Origin: Rhina ancylostomus
Lineage: Eukaryota
Length of the DNA: 64,000 nucleotides
Reading direction: 5' to 3'
Assembly: GCA_030265395.1 (NCBI GenBank)
Contig: JARFYF010000063.1
Location: 107,360,996 to 107,424,995 of the forward strand
The notes beneath the pieces were generated by a model. That model saw nothing but the letters and a program-made list of their open reading frames with translations, was not told the DNA's origin and did no database searches. This document shows positions 1 through 13,050 of this stretch, piece after piece (position 1 is the stretch's first letter; the number at the start of each line of letters is the position of its first letter). The position numbers and the translations under genes are program-made.

Positions 1-75
1 CACCTGAAGCTCTGTTTCTCTTCTTACAGACACGGACTGACCTGCTGAGCATTTCCACCATTTTCTTTTTTATTT
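1..75 (+). mobile_element. Penelope-type terminal-repeat fragment (decayed)
   Basis: acagacacggactgacctgctgagcatttccaccattttc resembles the ...gatgctgcctgacctgctgagtttctccagca... segment at the end of the Penelope copy near 7510-7550. Confidence 0.65.
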
Positions 76-144
76 GATTTTCACAGAAAACATATGATGG
101 TGAGACATGTATTTCACCATCATTTGTTTTCTGTGAAAGTCAAA
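73..144. repeat. Long inverted repeat / hairpin (about 31 bp stem, 10 nt loop)
   Basis: tttgattttcacagaaaacatatgatggtga (73-103) versus tcaccatcatttgttttctgtgaaagtcaaa (114-144): one mismatch plus one G-U pair. Confidence 0.9.
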
Positions 145-3100
145 AAAAATGATGGATGACATATTTTGAGAGTAAAAACCTCAATTTCAGCCCTCAGAAC
201 AGTGAATATTCCCATAAATGTTAAAGGAAGGCCACCCATTTATACGCATGCCTTGGTGATAATTCTGTCTTTGGTTCCTTCTAAGAGTACTTCTAAATCA
301 CGAGGAGTTCACCAGTGCTGGGCAGATGTCCTTGAACCAATGCTGCATTGGCTGTGCTTCAGCCAGTGCTTGGGAATAACCAGCTACAGGCTTGTCAGAT
401 GACAAATCTGGACAAATCCAGGTAGGGGATCTGCCCTATTGTTGCTCATTTAAGGAGGAGTTGGGTGGGTACGAAAACAGAACAGGAATATTCCACCAAC
501 AATTTCTGCTATCCACTATTTTTAGCATTTGGAAATCCTTCTACATTGGAATTTTCAGAAATATGCTTGCAATATTGTTGAACATGATGCCAGAGTGATT
601 CTTACCTGCTTACACCTTTCCTTTGTCTCTTTTTGTTTGGTAGAGCAAGACAACTTCCTCGATATCTAAATTACCATATTGGACAAAGCAAATTAAAAAG
701 CTTCATGATACAAGACGTAAAAGAAAATATCAGAAAAAGAAAATGTTGATCAGTCCCCTTTGGTTCAATCTCACGTTCAAATTCTTAACTTTTCTATGGT
801 GTAGCTGTCATATTGAATAGATTAAAAAATATTATTTTGTCATGGTGGTTTTATTTCAAGCTTGTCTGCAGTGATTTAGTGCTCTTTTTAAATACAGAGA
901 AAGGAACACTTCCTAATAATGCTTTCTGCCATAAAGTTGTCACAAAAGAGAGCCTTGCATTGTTAACACAAATCGTTACTGGTATTTTCACTTTGACAAT
1001 TCCCAGGTGCCAGTTGTGTTTGACTGACATCAAGGACGGACTTCCAAAGCAGTAAGCGGCCCATGTAAAGCACAGCAATTCTTTCCACATCATTTTGATC
1101 TGTGTCTGCTAAAGTTCAAAGATCAACAGCCGAATGACAAGCCTTCTTCAATCTCTGTGGTGTCACAGCAGGAAGTATGTCAGAAAATTCTGAGCAAGTC
1201 CTCTGTGAATTCTTACCTGTCTGCCTCTCTCTTATCTCCTAGTTGTGAACAGATTGGTGGACCTGTTATAAAAAGCCCAATGAAGAATCATATCAGAATC
1301 TTGTTTCTTTGTAATTTTGCACTCCAGCAGACAAAAGTCAAGAAAAATTATCAGCCCTATTAGATGTAAACGTACAACAGTATTATCTGTGCACAAGTTA
1401 GTAACTGGGATCCTTGGTAATAAAATCGCTACTAAAGTTATTTGGAAGAAACTTTCAGGCTCATTTTAACTACTGCTGTCATTGGGAAAACTGCTATGAA
1501 TGTAACAAAATGACAGAAGTCCATCCCTCCTTCATACTGTGCCGAGGAAGTGGCCATTTTCTGCCCTATACATATCTCACTGTAGCAGCTACCTTGACAT
1601 TTACTGACTATGTAAGGACAACACAGGCCTCAAGAAGGTAGACTCCTTAATTATTCATCAGTTAATGGTGCATTACATTAAGTATGTGTTTTCATGGAAA
1701 ATAATATATCTAGTTCATCCCAATTCCAATACTGTACATAGAACTTTGAGAATAACAATAATGTGCATTTTATTATTCTGATTTTTTTAAAATCAAGTAA
1801 GAAAGAAAGAAAGTCTTCCTACGTAAATTATTATTGTAACCTGGAACCTAATCTAGATGACTAGGGATATGCCAACAAAGGACAATTGTTTATTGATGTC
1901 TGTGTGGAACATATACATGCATACACACACACACACATGTACAAGCATGTATTTTAATGGAAGAAGTATAGAATGCAAATCTTATTAGATTTTACATTTT
2001 TGTCCCTGATTTGATTCTCCTTCTTGGGTTTTTTGCTCCCAATAATCTTGGAAGATAATCAATACAGTTGGATGCTGAGCAATGTATTATGTTAATACTT
2101 GCTTAAAGTGTACTTAAAGTTTTCAAAAAAAGATATTTATTCATCAAATAAATTTGGGACTTATGATGCCAATTACTTTCTTGAATTAAATATTTCTGTG
2201 AATTGCTGTCATGAGACTTTTTCCCCACATTTCATTAATATGTAATTTTCTTATATTGTGGAATGAAGTTAAGTATCTTAAGAAATTACATCACATTTTA
2301 AAAAGGAAATATTAATTACATTTCTATCCATGCATTTATAGTAATCTTGACTCCTGACTCAATTATTAAGGGATTATTTTCATAAAACTAAAACAAAGAA
2401 ACAATACTTAATTCGATAAGTAACATAAATAAAAAGGGGAGAGAGTTTTTAATTGGGAAAATTCACTTACCATTACATGTGCTTATACCACTCTCCAGTA
2501 TTTAAATGCTATAGCATTTGAAATAGAATTCATTGGCTGGACACTCTGTTATATTTCTTCCAGAGTAGAGCAGTTATCAGGTCAAATTTCAACACCTATT
2601 GGAGTCATGATACCTTATAAAACTTGGACAAAGGTCTCACTCTTAAGTCTGTGCCATGGAATATAACTGACTGTTAGCTTAAAAAGAAATAAATATAGAA
2701 CATTTTTTCAAAATTGAAATCTTGCACTATCAATTTTGTTGTTCGTTTTACACCAAGCCAAAACAATTCTGATCTTTCAGACTGAGCATCAAGATCTACA
2801 ACTGCCTGTGCAGAACTGCTTGATTATAATAGCCATCATTTCTCTCCCTCACATTTACCAAATGTAATTTNNNNNNNNNNNNNNNNNNNNNNNNNNNNNN
2901 NNNNNNNNNNNNTTTGTTTATAGGCAAAACAAAAGGCAATTTGGTAGAGATATAAAATTAAGTCTGCCCTTGTGAATCAGTGAGCTTGAATTTGCATTCT
3001 ACTTGAAAGCTACTGTGGATGTACATTGTGATCTTCATTTAAGAAATTAGACAGAGTGAAGTACATGAAGATAAAGTGTTATCTTTGAAGACTGAGGGAA

Positions 3101-3847
3101 TTTAACAGTGCCAGCAAGCTTGTGTCATTCCTAAACATACTGTGTTTATTTTTGTGTCATTTGTTAATCGGACCTAAACCTGAAATCTGTTCAATTCTTC
3201 ATAATTTTTTTTGCAGGTGCTAAAGCAGATCCTATCATATTACAGTTAGCCATAAACATTATTGCAGAATCATGGTTGATCTTTGAAGGATCATCAGCAA
3301 TGGCTCTGAAAGGTATTTTTCTTCCTCACATAAGAAGTCTATACCCGTCTGGGTTGAGGCGGTAAATAAATAACTTTTGTGTTTCCCATTCTTTTCCAGC
3401 TGAAAATGCCCAATGCTGGCTACAGGGCAGAATGGAAGAGTGTGGCTGCATTATCCAGGGTGCACAAATGGTTATTGCCGCTGCTTTGGAAGTGATTCAC
3501 TTCAACTTGATTCAGTAAGAAATTCATGTCGGTTCTTTTTCCTTAAGGACCACATCAGGATACCAGTGGTGTCCAGGAACAGTTCCTTCACTTTTCAGTA
3601 CACATCTTGCATTCAGCAATACATCTTCAACAATTGAATTTGCTGAGTACAAGTCCAAAGTGTCCTCCAGTGCCAAGGGTCTCAGCCCATTTTTGCCAGC
3701 CAGTTACATCTCCAATCAGTCAGATAGAACTCACCATCACTCCATCACATGGAGTGTGGCTGGTACATGCCATTCACTTGATTCACCTCGAAATCTTTCA
3801 GCCTCTCTGCAGATTTATGTGCTGCTGAAGCACACCACTATGTTTCA

Positions 3848-3970
3848 GGTACATGGATAGGAAAGATAAGGGACAAACACAGGCAAATGGGACTAGCTTA
3901 GATGGGAATCTTGGTTGGCATGGACCAGTTGGGCCGAAGTGCCCATTTCTATGCTGTATGACTCTATGAC
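3848..3970 (+). mobile_element. CR1 LINE (HER1-like) 3' end
   Basis: gtacatggataggaaag...gggactagcttagatggg...catggaccagttgggccgaag...ctgtatgactctatgac; near-identical to 57714-57845. Confidence 0.85.
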
Positions 3971-4539
3971 CTTATTAAGAAGATTTCCCATTGCAAATGG
4001 CCTCACAGATGTAAAAGTTAGCATCCACTTACAGTCCATACAATATACATCTCTCTTTAAATTTACATAATGTTTTCCAGACAACAGATGTAGTTTTCTT
4101 TTCAAATTAAAACATGAACCAATACTAAGCAAATTAAGTCACAAAATGGTCTCAGATGGATGGTCACAGGATCTGGTTGAAATGGAATGGCTCTCTTCGA
4201 TATATGAGCAATTTGTTTCTTTGATCATTTTCACAGTTGAACCTTACAGTGTGTTATATAGTTTAAATTTTAATATTTTATTAACTTTCTTTAGGAGCAC
4301 TATCTATTTCTCAACAGACCTAAGAAATGAACTGAATAACTAACTATCATCGATATAATCCAGTCCAGGTTAATTCATCAGATATACAAATTTGACCTAG
4401 TTGATTCTGTTTTAATCTTGGTAACAAAGAATGATGAGCACATGAGATTCAATGGTGCTTTACATGGTCCAGCCAGATTTGATGATAAATGGCAAAACCT
4501 CTTTTCCACATAAACAGTCAAGTCTCGGTCCCTTGGACT

Positions 4540-5270
4540 TTTTAAAGAAAGGGAGATAGGAGACAATATGTTAGTGGCTGGGGTTTAGCAGGATGATTGG
4601 TTGGGGGAAGTATGCATGATCTGGAGGTTAGGGTGGGGTGAATGGAGAGTCAAAGGTTAGGAGCTGGGATTTTGAAAACATGATTGTAAATGAATTACAA
4701 AAAAAGATTTTCCAAGAAATGAACCAGGAGTAGAGATTAGACAAGAGAGCTGTGAGCGACATGAGGGAGTGATCAGAGACAACCCCATCTGTGACTAGCA
4801 TCTATATGGCCTTGGTCACAGTCAAGGGGAAGGTTAGGGAGTTTCTATACAGACAGAAGGATAGGAGGTCAGTGAACTTCGAGGACAAGCAGTATGATGA
4901 GTTGACGTGGACCTTGAAATTGCTGAGGGTGAGAATAGAAAACAAAAAAAGTTTTCCCATTAAGAAATTTGGGTGAGTGATGGAGAAGGAAGTTTTTAAA
5001 TGAGTGACAGAACAAGACAAGACAATCCAAAGGACTGGAAGAATAGGGGACAGACTAAGGTGTGATTTACTGATAAGCACAACTGTGACATCCTGGGAAA
5101 TATAGAAGATGATACACCCAAGTGGGGAGGGAAGATTTTGCAGGGAATGTTTTTAATCCTCAGCAGGGTATCTGACAAGGCCATAATATTGCAATGCTTT
5201 CATCCAAATGAGTTTATGGCAGGCAAGGGGCTTGTTTACAGGGATGGACATTCTGAGAAGAGGTGCAGAG
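4540..5270 (-). mobile_element. Decayed L2-like LINE internal fragments
   Basis: Purine-rich + strand typical of antisense L2 ORF2; no intact frame; family assignment by resemblance only. Confidence 0.4.
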
Positions 5271-5376
5271 GGCCAGTTAACGTGACTCAGCATTGGCAGA
5301 GCTGGGTGAGGCAGGAAGGAAATGAAAAAGCCTATTTATCAAAAGGTGCACAAAGCAAGAAGGCAGGTGAGATAAG

Positions 5377-5512
5377 AAGAGACACAGTAGACTGCAGATG
5401 CTGAAATCTGCAGCAAAGAATGAATTGCTGGAGGAACTCAGTGGACTGGACAGCATTTGTGGTGGAAAGGAATTGTCAACATTTTGGGTCAAGACCCTGC
5501 AAAAGGACTGAG
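5377..5512 (-). mobile_element. Penelope-type terminal-repeat fragment
   Basis: gactgcagatgctgaaatctg...gctggaggaactcag...gtcaacattttgggtcaagaccc is the reverse complement of the 7470-7590 motif. Confidence 0.75.
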
Positions 5513-6851
5513 AATAAAGGAGACCCAAATCAGTGATGCTGCTCATATGGGCTGTTTCAAAGATGCCAAGAGATGCACAGAGGCAAGCATGAAGAGAGAA
5601 TTAAACCCAAGATGTTGTCAAGAGGGTAGGAAGGTTGAAGTGTAGTAAGGTTGAAGGGTAGGGGTAGGGTCTTGGAGGAANNNNNNNNNNNNNNNNNNNN
5701 NNNNNNNNNNNNGGAAAAGAAAAAGGATGGAAAAAGCAGAAGCAGACATGATGAATTTGAGTCTAGGGTGGCAGTAGTAGGTTTATTTTTTGTCTTGCTG
5801 GATAATAGCTTAACGAAAGGTTATAGCATAGTTATTGTTTTTCTTTTAATTTGGGTTATTCAGAAGCACTTGCTTTGATAAAATGAATCAGTGAATTATA
5901 TGCCTGGATTACAGGTCACTGGCTGCTGGTGCCTTGTCACAGTGTTGACAAGTTGTGTTTTTGTTCATGCAGCCTTTTTATCATATTCAGCAACCGGAGA
6001 AGTTAAGGCCAAATTAATTTATTATCTTTTCATAATCTTCATAGATGGCATGACAAAATATATAGATTAAACTATTTTTACACTTCTATTGTCTGACATG
6101 AGTCTAAAAGAAATTCTGTTCAAGAGTTGTGTTGCTTTATTGCAGTCAGTGCATTTTTTTTAAATATTGAAGGAATCCAAGGCCACCAGAATGATAAGGT
6201 TTCTCAGAAGAATGTGGCCCTTCGTTTGAATCAAAGGGGAACCTGTGGAATAAGTAGGAAAGATTCCTGAGGGTTTCTAGATGAGAACTACTAATAATTA
6301 GAAAAGCTGGTTAATCAGTTAACACTGCATTTTTGAAAGTCACACTTATTTCTGTTTAGTAATGTGATGTAAATAAGCTGTGCAATACTTCCTTTGAGGG
6401 AAGGTAGCTCATCTTCTGGGTTAATGGAACTGTCATCTATGGGTGCAAATAACACCATAGATTTCCCAAAGTGGCTTGTAACAATAGTGTGCAAGTGCTG
6501 ACTCTCGTTCCAACCCATCGCCATTAAAGGATGGAAAATAATTAGCAGAAGAGATCTACTACTCTGAAAGTGGGATCAGACATTTTATAGCAATTGGCCG
6601 TGAAGCTTTACAGGAAATAAAAGTCAGGAGTGGGACCTTACAGACACCAAGGCCTCCAGTTACATTGTGAAAGCAACCAGACTTATTTCAATAGTAATTT
6701 TCTGCAGAAAGCAGTCTAAATGACAGAAACTTGCAGAATGTTGGGATTGTTGGAAATCTGGGTAGTATTTTAAGTTTTAAGAAATTGGCACACTTAAAAA
6801 TGACTTCATGAAGAAATTAAATATTGCATGAGTCTTTGCTAAAAATGAATG

Positions 6852-7592
6852 CACTGCAATTCCACATCCTATTCTCATACTGACATGTCTATCCATGGCC
6901 TCCTCTACTGCCATGTTGAGGCCAGGCGCAGGTTGGAGGAACAACACCTCGTATTCCACCTTGGGAGTCTCCAACCTGATGACCTTAACATTAATTTCTC
7001 TAATTTCCAGTAACCCCACTCCTTTTTCTACCCCCACCCACCCTTGTCTTCCCGTATTCCCATGACTCCCTTACCCCACCTTGATGACCTGCCCATCTCC
7101 TCTCCCCCATCTTTTATTCCATGGTCCACTGCCCTCTCTTACCAGATTTCTCCTCCTTCAGCCCTCGACCTCTTCTACCTGTCACCTCTCAGCTTATTAC
7201 ATTTCCTCCCCCTCCCACCAACTTCCCCCTCTCACCTGGACTCACCTACCACCTGATCTCACCTATCCCCTGCCCGCGTNNNNNNNNNNTCCTTCTTCAG
7301 CCCTCTGCCTCTTCCACCTACCACCTCCCAGCTTCCCACATCACTCCCTTTCACCCCCCCCCTCCCTCACCCACACACCGTACCTGGACTCACTTATCAC
7401 CTGCCAGCTCGTGCTCCTCTCCCTCCCCGACCTTTCTATTCTGGCTTCTGCCTTCTTCCAGTCCAGATGAAGGGGCTCGACCCGAAATGTTGACTGTTTA
7501 TTTCCCTCCAGAGATGCTGCCTGACCTGCTGAGTTTCTCCAGCACTTTTTGTGTTTTGCTCCAGATACATCCAGCATCTGCAGTTTCTTGCA
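6852..7592 (+). mobile_element. Penelope-like retroelement 3' end: GIY-YIG C-terminus, pyrimidine-rich UTR and terminal repeat
   Basis: 6852-7013 reads HCNSTSYSHTDMSIHGLLYCHVEARRRLEEQHLVFHLGSLQPDDLNINFSNFQ*, the typical vertebrate PLE endonuclease tail; followed by a C/T-rich tract and a hammerhead-like motif. Confidence 0.88.
7459..7496 (+). ncRNA. Degenerate minimal hammerhead ribozyme (PLE-associated)
   Basis: CAGTC-CAGATGA-AGGGGCTCGACCC-GAAA-TGTT-GACTG; stem I CAGUC/GACUG intact, core CUGAUGA mutated to CAGAUGA. Confidence 0.7.
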
Positions 7593-7917
7593 GATACTTA
7601 CCTGCCTTTGGTAAGGTTCGAAGTTTGGTGATTAAGAGTGGGGATAACGACTGGAGGAGAGATGCAGAACAAAATTTAAGTGGAATGGGGTCTATTATGG
7701 GAACATATCTTAGTGACTGAAGGTGTTTATTGAACACCCATCTCCTTGTGTGCACAAGGAAAGTTTAACGTAACAGGTCATCATAAATTCAATGGTCACT
7801 CACCTCCAGAGCTGTAACCTGGCTCATTGTGTGTAATCAGGTGGGTGTGCATTTAATCACATTCAATCACTATGTGTTTACTTCTTTAACTTCAAATTAT
7901 CTTTGGCTTTTGACTTT

Positions 7918-8138
7918 GGGCAGCATGGTAGTGTAGCAGTTAGCCTGACACTATTACAGTGCCAGCGATTGGGGTTCGATTCCTGTCACTGTAAGGGGTT
8001 TTTACGTTCTGTGTCTGCGTGGGTTTCCTCCCACATTCCAAAGACGTATGGGTAGGTTAACATGGGTTTAAAATGGGCAGCATGGACTCATTGGGCCGAA
8101 AGGGGCTGTTACCATGCCATAAGTAAAATTAAAAAAAA
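7918..8138 (+). mobile_element. tRNA-derived V-SINE (HE1-like) with CR1-type tail
   Basis: A-box-like tggtagtgtagcagtt, B box ggttcgattcc, V domain gtgtctgcgtgggtttcctcccacattccaaagacg, tail gggccgaaaggggctgttacc. Confidence 0.85.
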
Positions 8139-8559
8139 TATATTATTTACAATCTAAGATTCAAGTCTCACTTTTTAGGAACAGGGGAACAAAGATTGAA
8201 TATTTAGCCCTTTAAGGCATTCATTGAGATCATGGTGCATCTGTGACCCACATAGCCATCTTACATGTAGCCTGATATCATTTTATACCTTTGGCAAGTA
8301 AACACCATCCTTTTCAGATATATTAGTAATNNNNNNNNNNGTAATTGAGATAACATCAATCATTCTTGTAGTGGAGAACTTGAACCAGCCTATGCATAAA
8401 TATATATTTGCTGACTTTGAACTATGTAATCTCTTGTCATGTCAGAACTTGAAGTGAGGCATGTCTTCAGGGAGGAAGTGCTATCTGACATGTGGACATT
8501 GTGGCCTGTACACATGTGCTGGGTGTGCATGATCAGAGCCTTAAATCTGAGGGTGTTGG

Positions 8560-9190
8560 TCTGCAAGAGGACACTGATTGCTAAATCCTTTGGCAGGGTA
8601 GAAAAGGCAAAGAGAAATTTGGCAAAGAGAGTTTTGAGAAGCCTACTTCATGGTCCTGAAACATACTGAAAGGTGGGGAATACTTCTGTTTGGTAATCCA
8701 CAAGGTTGTTGCCATGTTTTGATATCTTAGTCTTTGAACTTTTCTTCGCTCAAATTCTTGAGGGCAGAGTTGGTGCAATGGATAGTGATGACTTTTGTAA
8801 TTGATCTCTGCTTTTTTTGCACATGACTCATGAGATATGGAAAGTGATGTTTCCAGGGTTTTGTCATAGACCTTTGTCATGAGACTGTTGTGTAGTGTAA
8901 CAAAACAGATTGATAGAAGACCTTTCTCCTCTGAATATTTAGTACAAGGCCCATCCACCATGTACATTTTTTGGACCCAAACTCATGCTACATATGCAAG
9001 TGACTAAAAAAAATGGTACATGCACTTGTCTACTCACGAGATCCTGGCCCAAAACCACTCAAAGTGGGGAAGGACCATCTAGGAAGGCACTGAGCAACTC
9101 AAATCCCTACAATGAGAGCACATGGAAGCCAAGTGTAAACAGCAGAGGAAGAGCACAATATTCAAATCTACCCCCTCTCCCATCCCTTCA
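8560..9190. mobile_element. Decayed RTE-clade LINE fragments
   Basis: 9035-9100 resembles the RTE C-terminal motif (LAQDRxKWRxxIxEGxExL-like); other pieces are very degenerate. Confidence 0.4.
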
Positions 9191-9652
9191 AAAGCCTCCT
9201 GCTCCATTTGAGGCAGAGTCTGTTGATGCCACATTGGATTCTGAAATACATGAACTGGCCAAGGAACTGGAGTGGAAACAAGTTATCCTCAATCTTAGGA
9301 GGATGCCCAGAAAGAGTTTTCCAACTGCAGTTTCAGAAGACCTTCTTTGACTATATCTTATAGACCTGCAAAAAAACAAAAATTGTTTTCACTCTCTCCC
9401 CTATCAATTTCCCCTCAAACCAGAACAATTTTGATTAAATCACCCCCTATCCTTCCAAACTCCAAAGAACATCTTTAGTTTGTGTGAGATCTCCCCTGGA
9501 AATTTAACTCTTGAATGTGAGTTAACATTCCAATAAATTTAACCACTTAAAGACCAGTACACACTTCAAGGTATATTGCCTAGAACGGTTTGATAGCTTT
9601 AAAAAATGTCTTTGTATTCTAGTCCTACCTAGATCCTACATTCTATCAGCCT

Positions 9653-9940
9653 AGATAAGATCTTTATTAGTCACAAGTACATCAAAACACAGTGAAATGC
9701 ATCTTTTCATAGAATGTTCTAGGGACAGCTCACAAGTGTTGCCACGCTTCCAATGCCAACATAGCATGCCCACAGCTTCCTAATCCATATGTCTTTGGAA
9801 CTTGGAGGAAACCCAAGCACCCAAAGGAAGCCCATGCAGTCATGGGGAGAACATACAAACTCCTTACAGACAGCAGCAGGAATTGAACCCAGGTCGCTGG
9901 TGCTGTAATAGCATTATGCTAACCACTACACTATGTGCCT
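9653..9940 (-). mobile_element. V-SINE with Rex/Babar-like tail
   Basis: Reverse complement of the tRNA head (aaccactacactatgtgcc) and V domain (ggggagaacatacaaactccttacagac); same subfamily as 30506-30768. Confidence 0.85.
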
Positions 9941-10269
9941 GCCCATCCTGTTCAATGTTTTTGTGCTCCTATTATCTTTTGTTCTAAATATAAACTACTC
10001 AATACTATTTGGACCAGACACAATGTTGGAAAGACTAAAGTACACCAAAATTTTTTAAAAGGCTTCAAATTTAGGTTTTTTGGACTATTTTTGGTCAGTG
10101 CAGGAAAGTGGTGTTGGAGGTGAAAGATCAGTATTAATCTTATTGAATGACAGGATAACTTTGAGGGGCCAATAAAAAAATATCACCTATGGTCTTTTGA
10201 AAACACAAACATCTACCCTTATGTCATCAGCAAGCCTGGATTTGCAGGTTTATTTTAATCCCATCAAAG

Positions 10270-10440
10270 TAGTTGTGAATGATTGAGGTATCAAAACAGA
10301 TCCTTGCAGGACACTGCTGGTTACATCTGAGTATCTGCCCATTACTTCTACACTGTCTCCTGCTGCTCAACCAATATCCTGCCAAGTTAATAATATACTT
10401 TCAACTCCACAAGTTTCAACTTCAGATTAGAGTATCACAT
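10270..10440 (-). mobile_element. CR1 RT fragment
   Basis: Reverse complement encodes a degenerate VTSGVPQGSVLGP RT motif (acagatccttgcaggacactgctggttac). Confidence 0.6.
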
Positions 10441-10499
10441 CAAAAGGTAGAATCCTGACTTGTAGGATAGGTGCTGAAAACACACTTGCTGTGAGAGAA

Positions 10500-10592
10500 A
10501 AAAAATATGCTGGAAGGACTTAGCCAGTCAAGCGACATCTGTGGAAAGGAAAAACAGTCAACATTTTGGGTCAATGAAACTTCCTCAGCACT
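10500..10592 (-). mobile_element. Penelope-type terminal-repeat fragment
   Basis: gctggaaggacttagccagtcaagcgacatctgtggaaagg...cagtcaacattttgggtc. Confidence 0.65.
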
Positions 10593-10949
10593 CAGGAGGG
10601 CAGGTAACCTGGTGGATAGACACCCCATTCCCCCCACCAGTGCTAGGCAGCCTTCTCTTGGAATACTCCTCCACACTTTCTGCTTATAAATAAGCTCCAT
10701 GAGGGGCAGGGAAAGCCTCACAGGGTAACACATTCCACATTATAAGTGATATGCATCAAAAATAACCAGAAAATTTCAATAGACAAATTAAAACATAAGA
10801 AAATGAAACAGGAAATGTTAAAAAAAAAATTGCAAACAGTTGAAGTTTCTACTATTGTTTTAAATCATTCTGTATTACCATAACATCAATTTAAGAAAAA
10901 ATATTACTCAAAGTATAGAAAAGATTCCACTGTGACATTTTTTATTGAA

Positions 10950-12052
10950 GACTTGCAGCAGGGCAAATCCAATCCAATTCATTTCTGCCCAGTTTGCCTA
11001 TTCTCTATCATCAGCAAAGTGATTGAAGGTGTCATTGAGAGTGTTATCAAGTAGTACTTACTCACCAATGACCTCCCTACAGATGCCTGGTTTAGGTTTC
11101 ATCAGGATCATTCAGTTCCAGATCTCATCACAGTTTTGTTCCAAACATGTACTAAATAACAGCATGGACTGAAATCCAGATGTGAAGTTAGAATGGCTAT
11201 CCTTGAATCCAAGGCAGCATTCAATTTAGTACAACATCAAGGAGGCCTGGTAAAACTGATCAGTGGATATCAAAGGGAAAATGCTCCAAAATATAGAGTC
11301 ATCCCTTACACAAAGATAGGTAGTTTTGGTTGCTAGAAATCAATCATCCCAGCAATTAATGTAGAGCAGTGTTCTGGTGCTAACTACCTTCAGCTGTTTC
11401 TTCAATGACCTTCCATTACAAGGTCAGAAGTGGAGTTGTTCAGTGATGATTGTACAATAATCCATTTGCAACTTTATAGAAAATGCAGTATTCTGTGCCT
11501 GTGTGCAACAAGGCCTCAAAACATTCAGGCATGGGCTGACAAGTGGAAAGCATTATTTTCACTTTCCTCACAACCCCCCCCCCCCAACCCAAGAAAGAGC
11601 CTAACACCCACCCTTGACACCAATGGCATTATGGACTGAGTCCCCTTCATTAACACCCTGGGGTCATTAACTCATCTAGCCATAAATACTGTGCTTGTAA
11701 GGACAGGTTAGAAAAGTGTCTTGTAGCAAATTACTTCCCTTTTATCTTCCCACATCACAAGTGTGACAGGATGCTCTACTCTTGCCTACATGGGTAGATC
11801 TTGAACAACTCATCAGTTAACTGGTACCCCAGCCACTGCTACAAACATCCCTTTCACTAATGGTGCTCAATGTTGACCATTTACACTAGCCTTCTAGCAG
11901 TACCTTCTACTCCTGTAACCTCCACCACCAGGTAGGACAAGGAAAATGGATGAGTGGGAACACCACCAACTACAGATTCCCCACCATCCTGACTTGGAAA
12001 TGTATCCCTGCTCCTTCATTGTCACTGAATCCTGGAACTCCCTCTCCAATAG
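10950..12052 (+). mobile_element. CR1-clade LINE, RT region to 3' UTR (decayed)
   Basis: Degenerate translation KSNP..FCPVCLFSIISKVIEGVIES...LLTNDLPTDAWFRFHQDHSVPDLIT (NYRPISLL/QFGFR motifs); 3' caccatcctgacttggaaa...tcctggaactccct. Confidence 0.85.
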
Positions 12053-12053
12053 T

Positions 12054-12642
12054 TGTCACAGTGTTGAGCAAAGAGCAAGCTCACAGAAAACCCAAATGCA
12101 ACACACTAGTACAAGATTGGAGTCAGGATACTTCCTCAGGACCAAACACTGGCAGCAACTGGAAGGAATCACGCCTTGGAGATCTGAGTAGGAATCCCAA
12201 TGCAAACTGAATCTTCAAACAGGAAGAGAGAACACAGGACTGCTCTAGAGTAGACTACTCTGAGGACCCAAAGATTGGCCAATACTCTGGCAACTAGTGC
12301 TAGAGAAACCCAGGTACTTATGCTAGGCCCCTGATGGGGCTCAGGTGTGTGNNNNNNNNNNNNNNNNNNNNNNNNNNNNNNNNNNNNNNNNNNNNNNNNN
12401 NNNNNNNNNNNNNNNNNNNNNNNNNNNNNNNNNNNNNNNNNNNNNNNNNNNNNNNNNNNNNNNNNNNNNNNNNNNNNNNNNNNNNNNNNNNNNNNNNNNN
12501 NNNNNNNNNNNNNNNNNNNNNNNNNNNNNNNNNNNNNNNNNNNNNNNNNNNNNNNNNNNNNNNNNTCGTAAGTAGTTATTAATAAAGTAGTTTTTAACAC
12601 ATATATGTCTCAGTGTGTTTCTGTTGTTGCTGGTACGTAACA
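12054..12642. mobile_element. LTR remnant(s) spanning an N gap
   Basis: Begins TGTCAC where the CR1 breaks off; after the gap AATAAA followed by terminal ...CGTAACA (TG...CA); may be two different LTRs. Confidence 0.5.
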
Positions 12643-12647
12643 CTATC

Positions 12648-13050
12648 ATCAGCCAATTTTGGATCCAATTAGTCACCTCATCTTGGATCCCATGTTCTTT
12701 AACCTCCTGGACCAGTTCACCATATCAAAAGTCTATATAGATAACATCCAACTCCTTACCTTCTTTAATATTCTTAGTTACCTTGTCAAAAAAACTCAAT
12801 CAGATTAGTGAGGCAGGACTTCCCCTGTACAAAGCTATGCTGACTATCCATGATCAGACACTTCTAAATTTACATAAATCCTATCCCAAGGGATTTTACT
12901 TCAATAATTTTCCTGACACTGACACAAAGCTCACTAGCCCGTAGTTTGCTGTTTTATCCCCACAACCCTTCTCCAAGAAAGGAAACAACATTAACTAACC
13001 TCCAGTCCTCTGGCACTCCAACCATGGCTGTCAAAGATGCAAGTGTCTTC
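12648..13050 (-). mobile_element. CR1 (HER1-like) RT fragment
   Basis: Reverse complement gives LVQEVKEHGIQDEVTNWIQNWL plus upstream RT motifs. Confidence 0.8.

Noticed and set aside
7044-7720. Pro/Ser/Leu-rich ORFs up to 199 aa
   Set aside because: Translations of the pyrimidine-rich Penelope UTR, partly reading through Ns
12057-12092. CACAGTG followed by acagaaaacc, resembling a V(D)J recombination signal
   Set aside because: Spacer is 19-20 nt rather than 12 or 22/23, it lies in an LTR-like remnant, and no V, D or J segments are nearby
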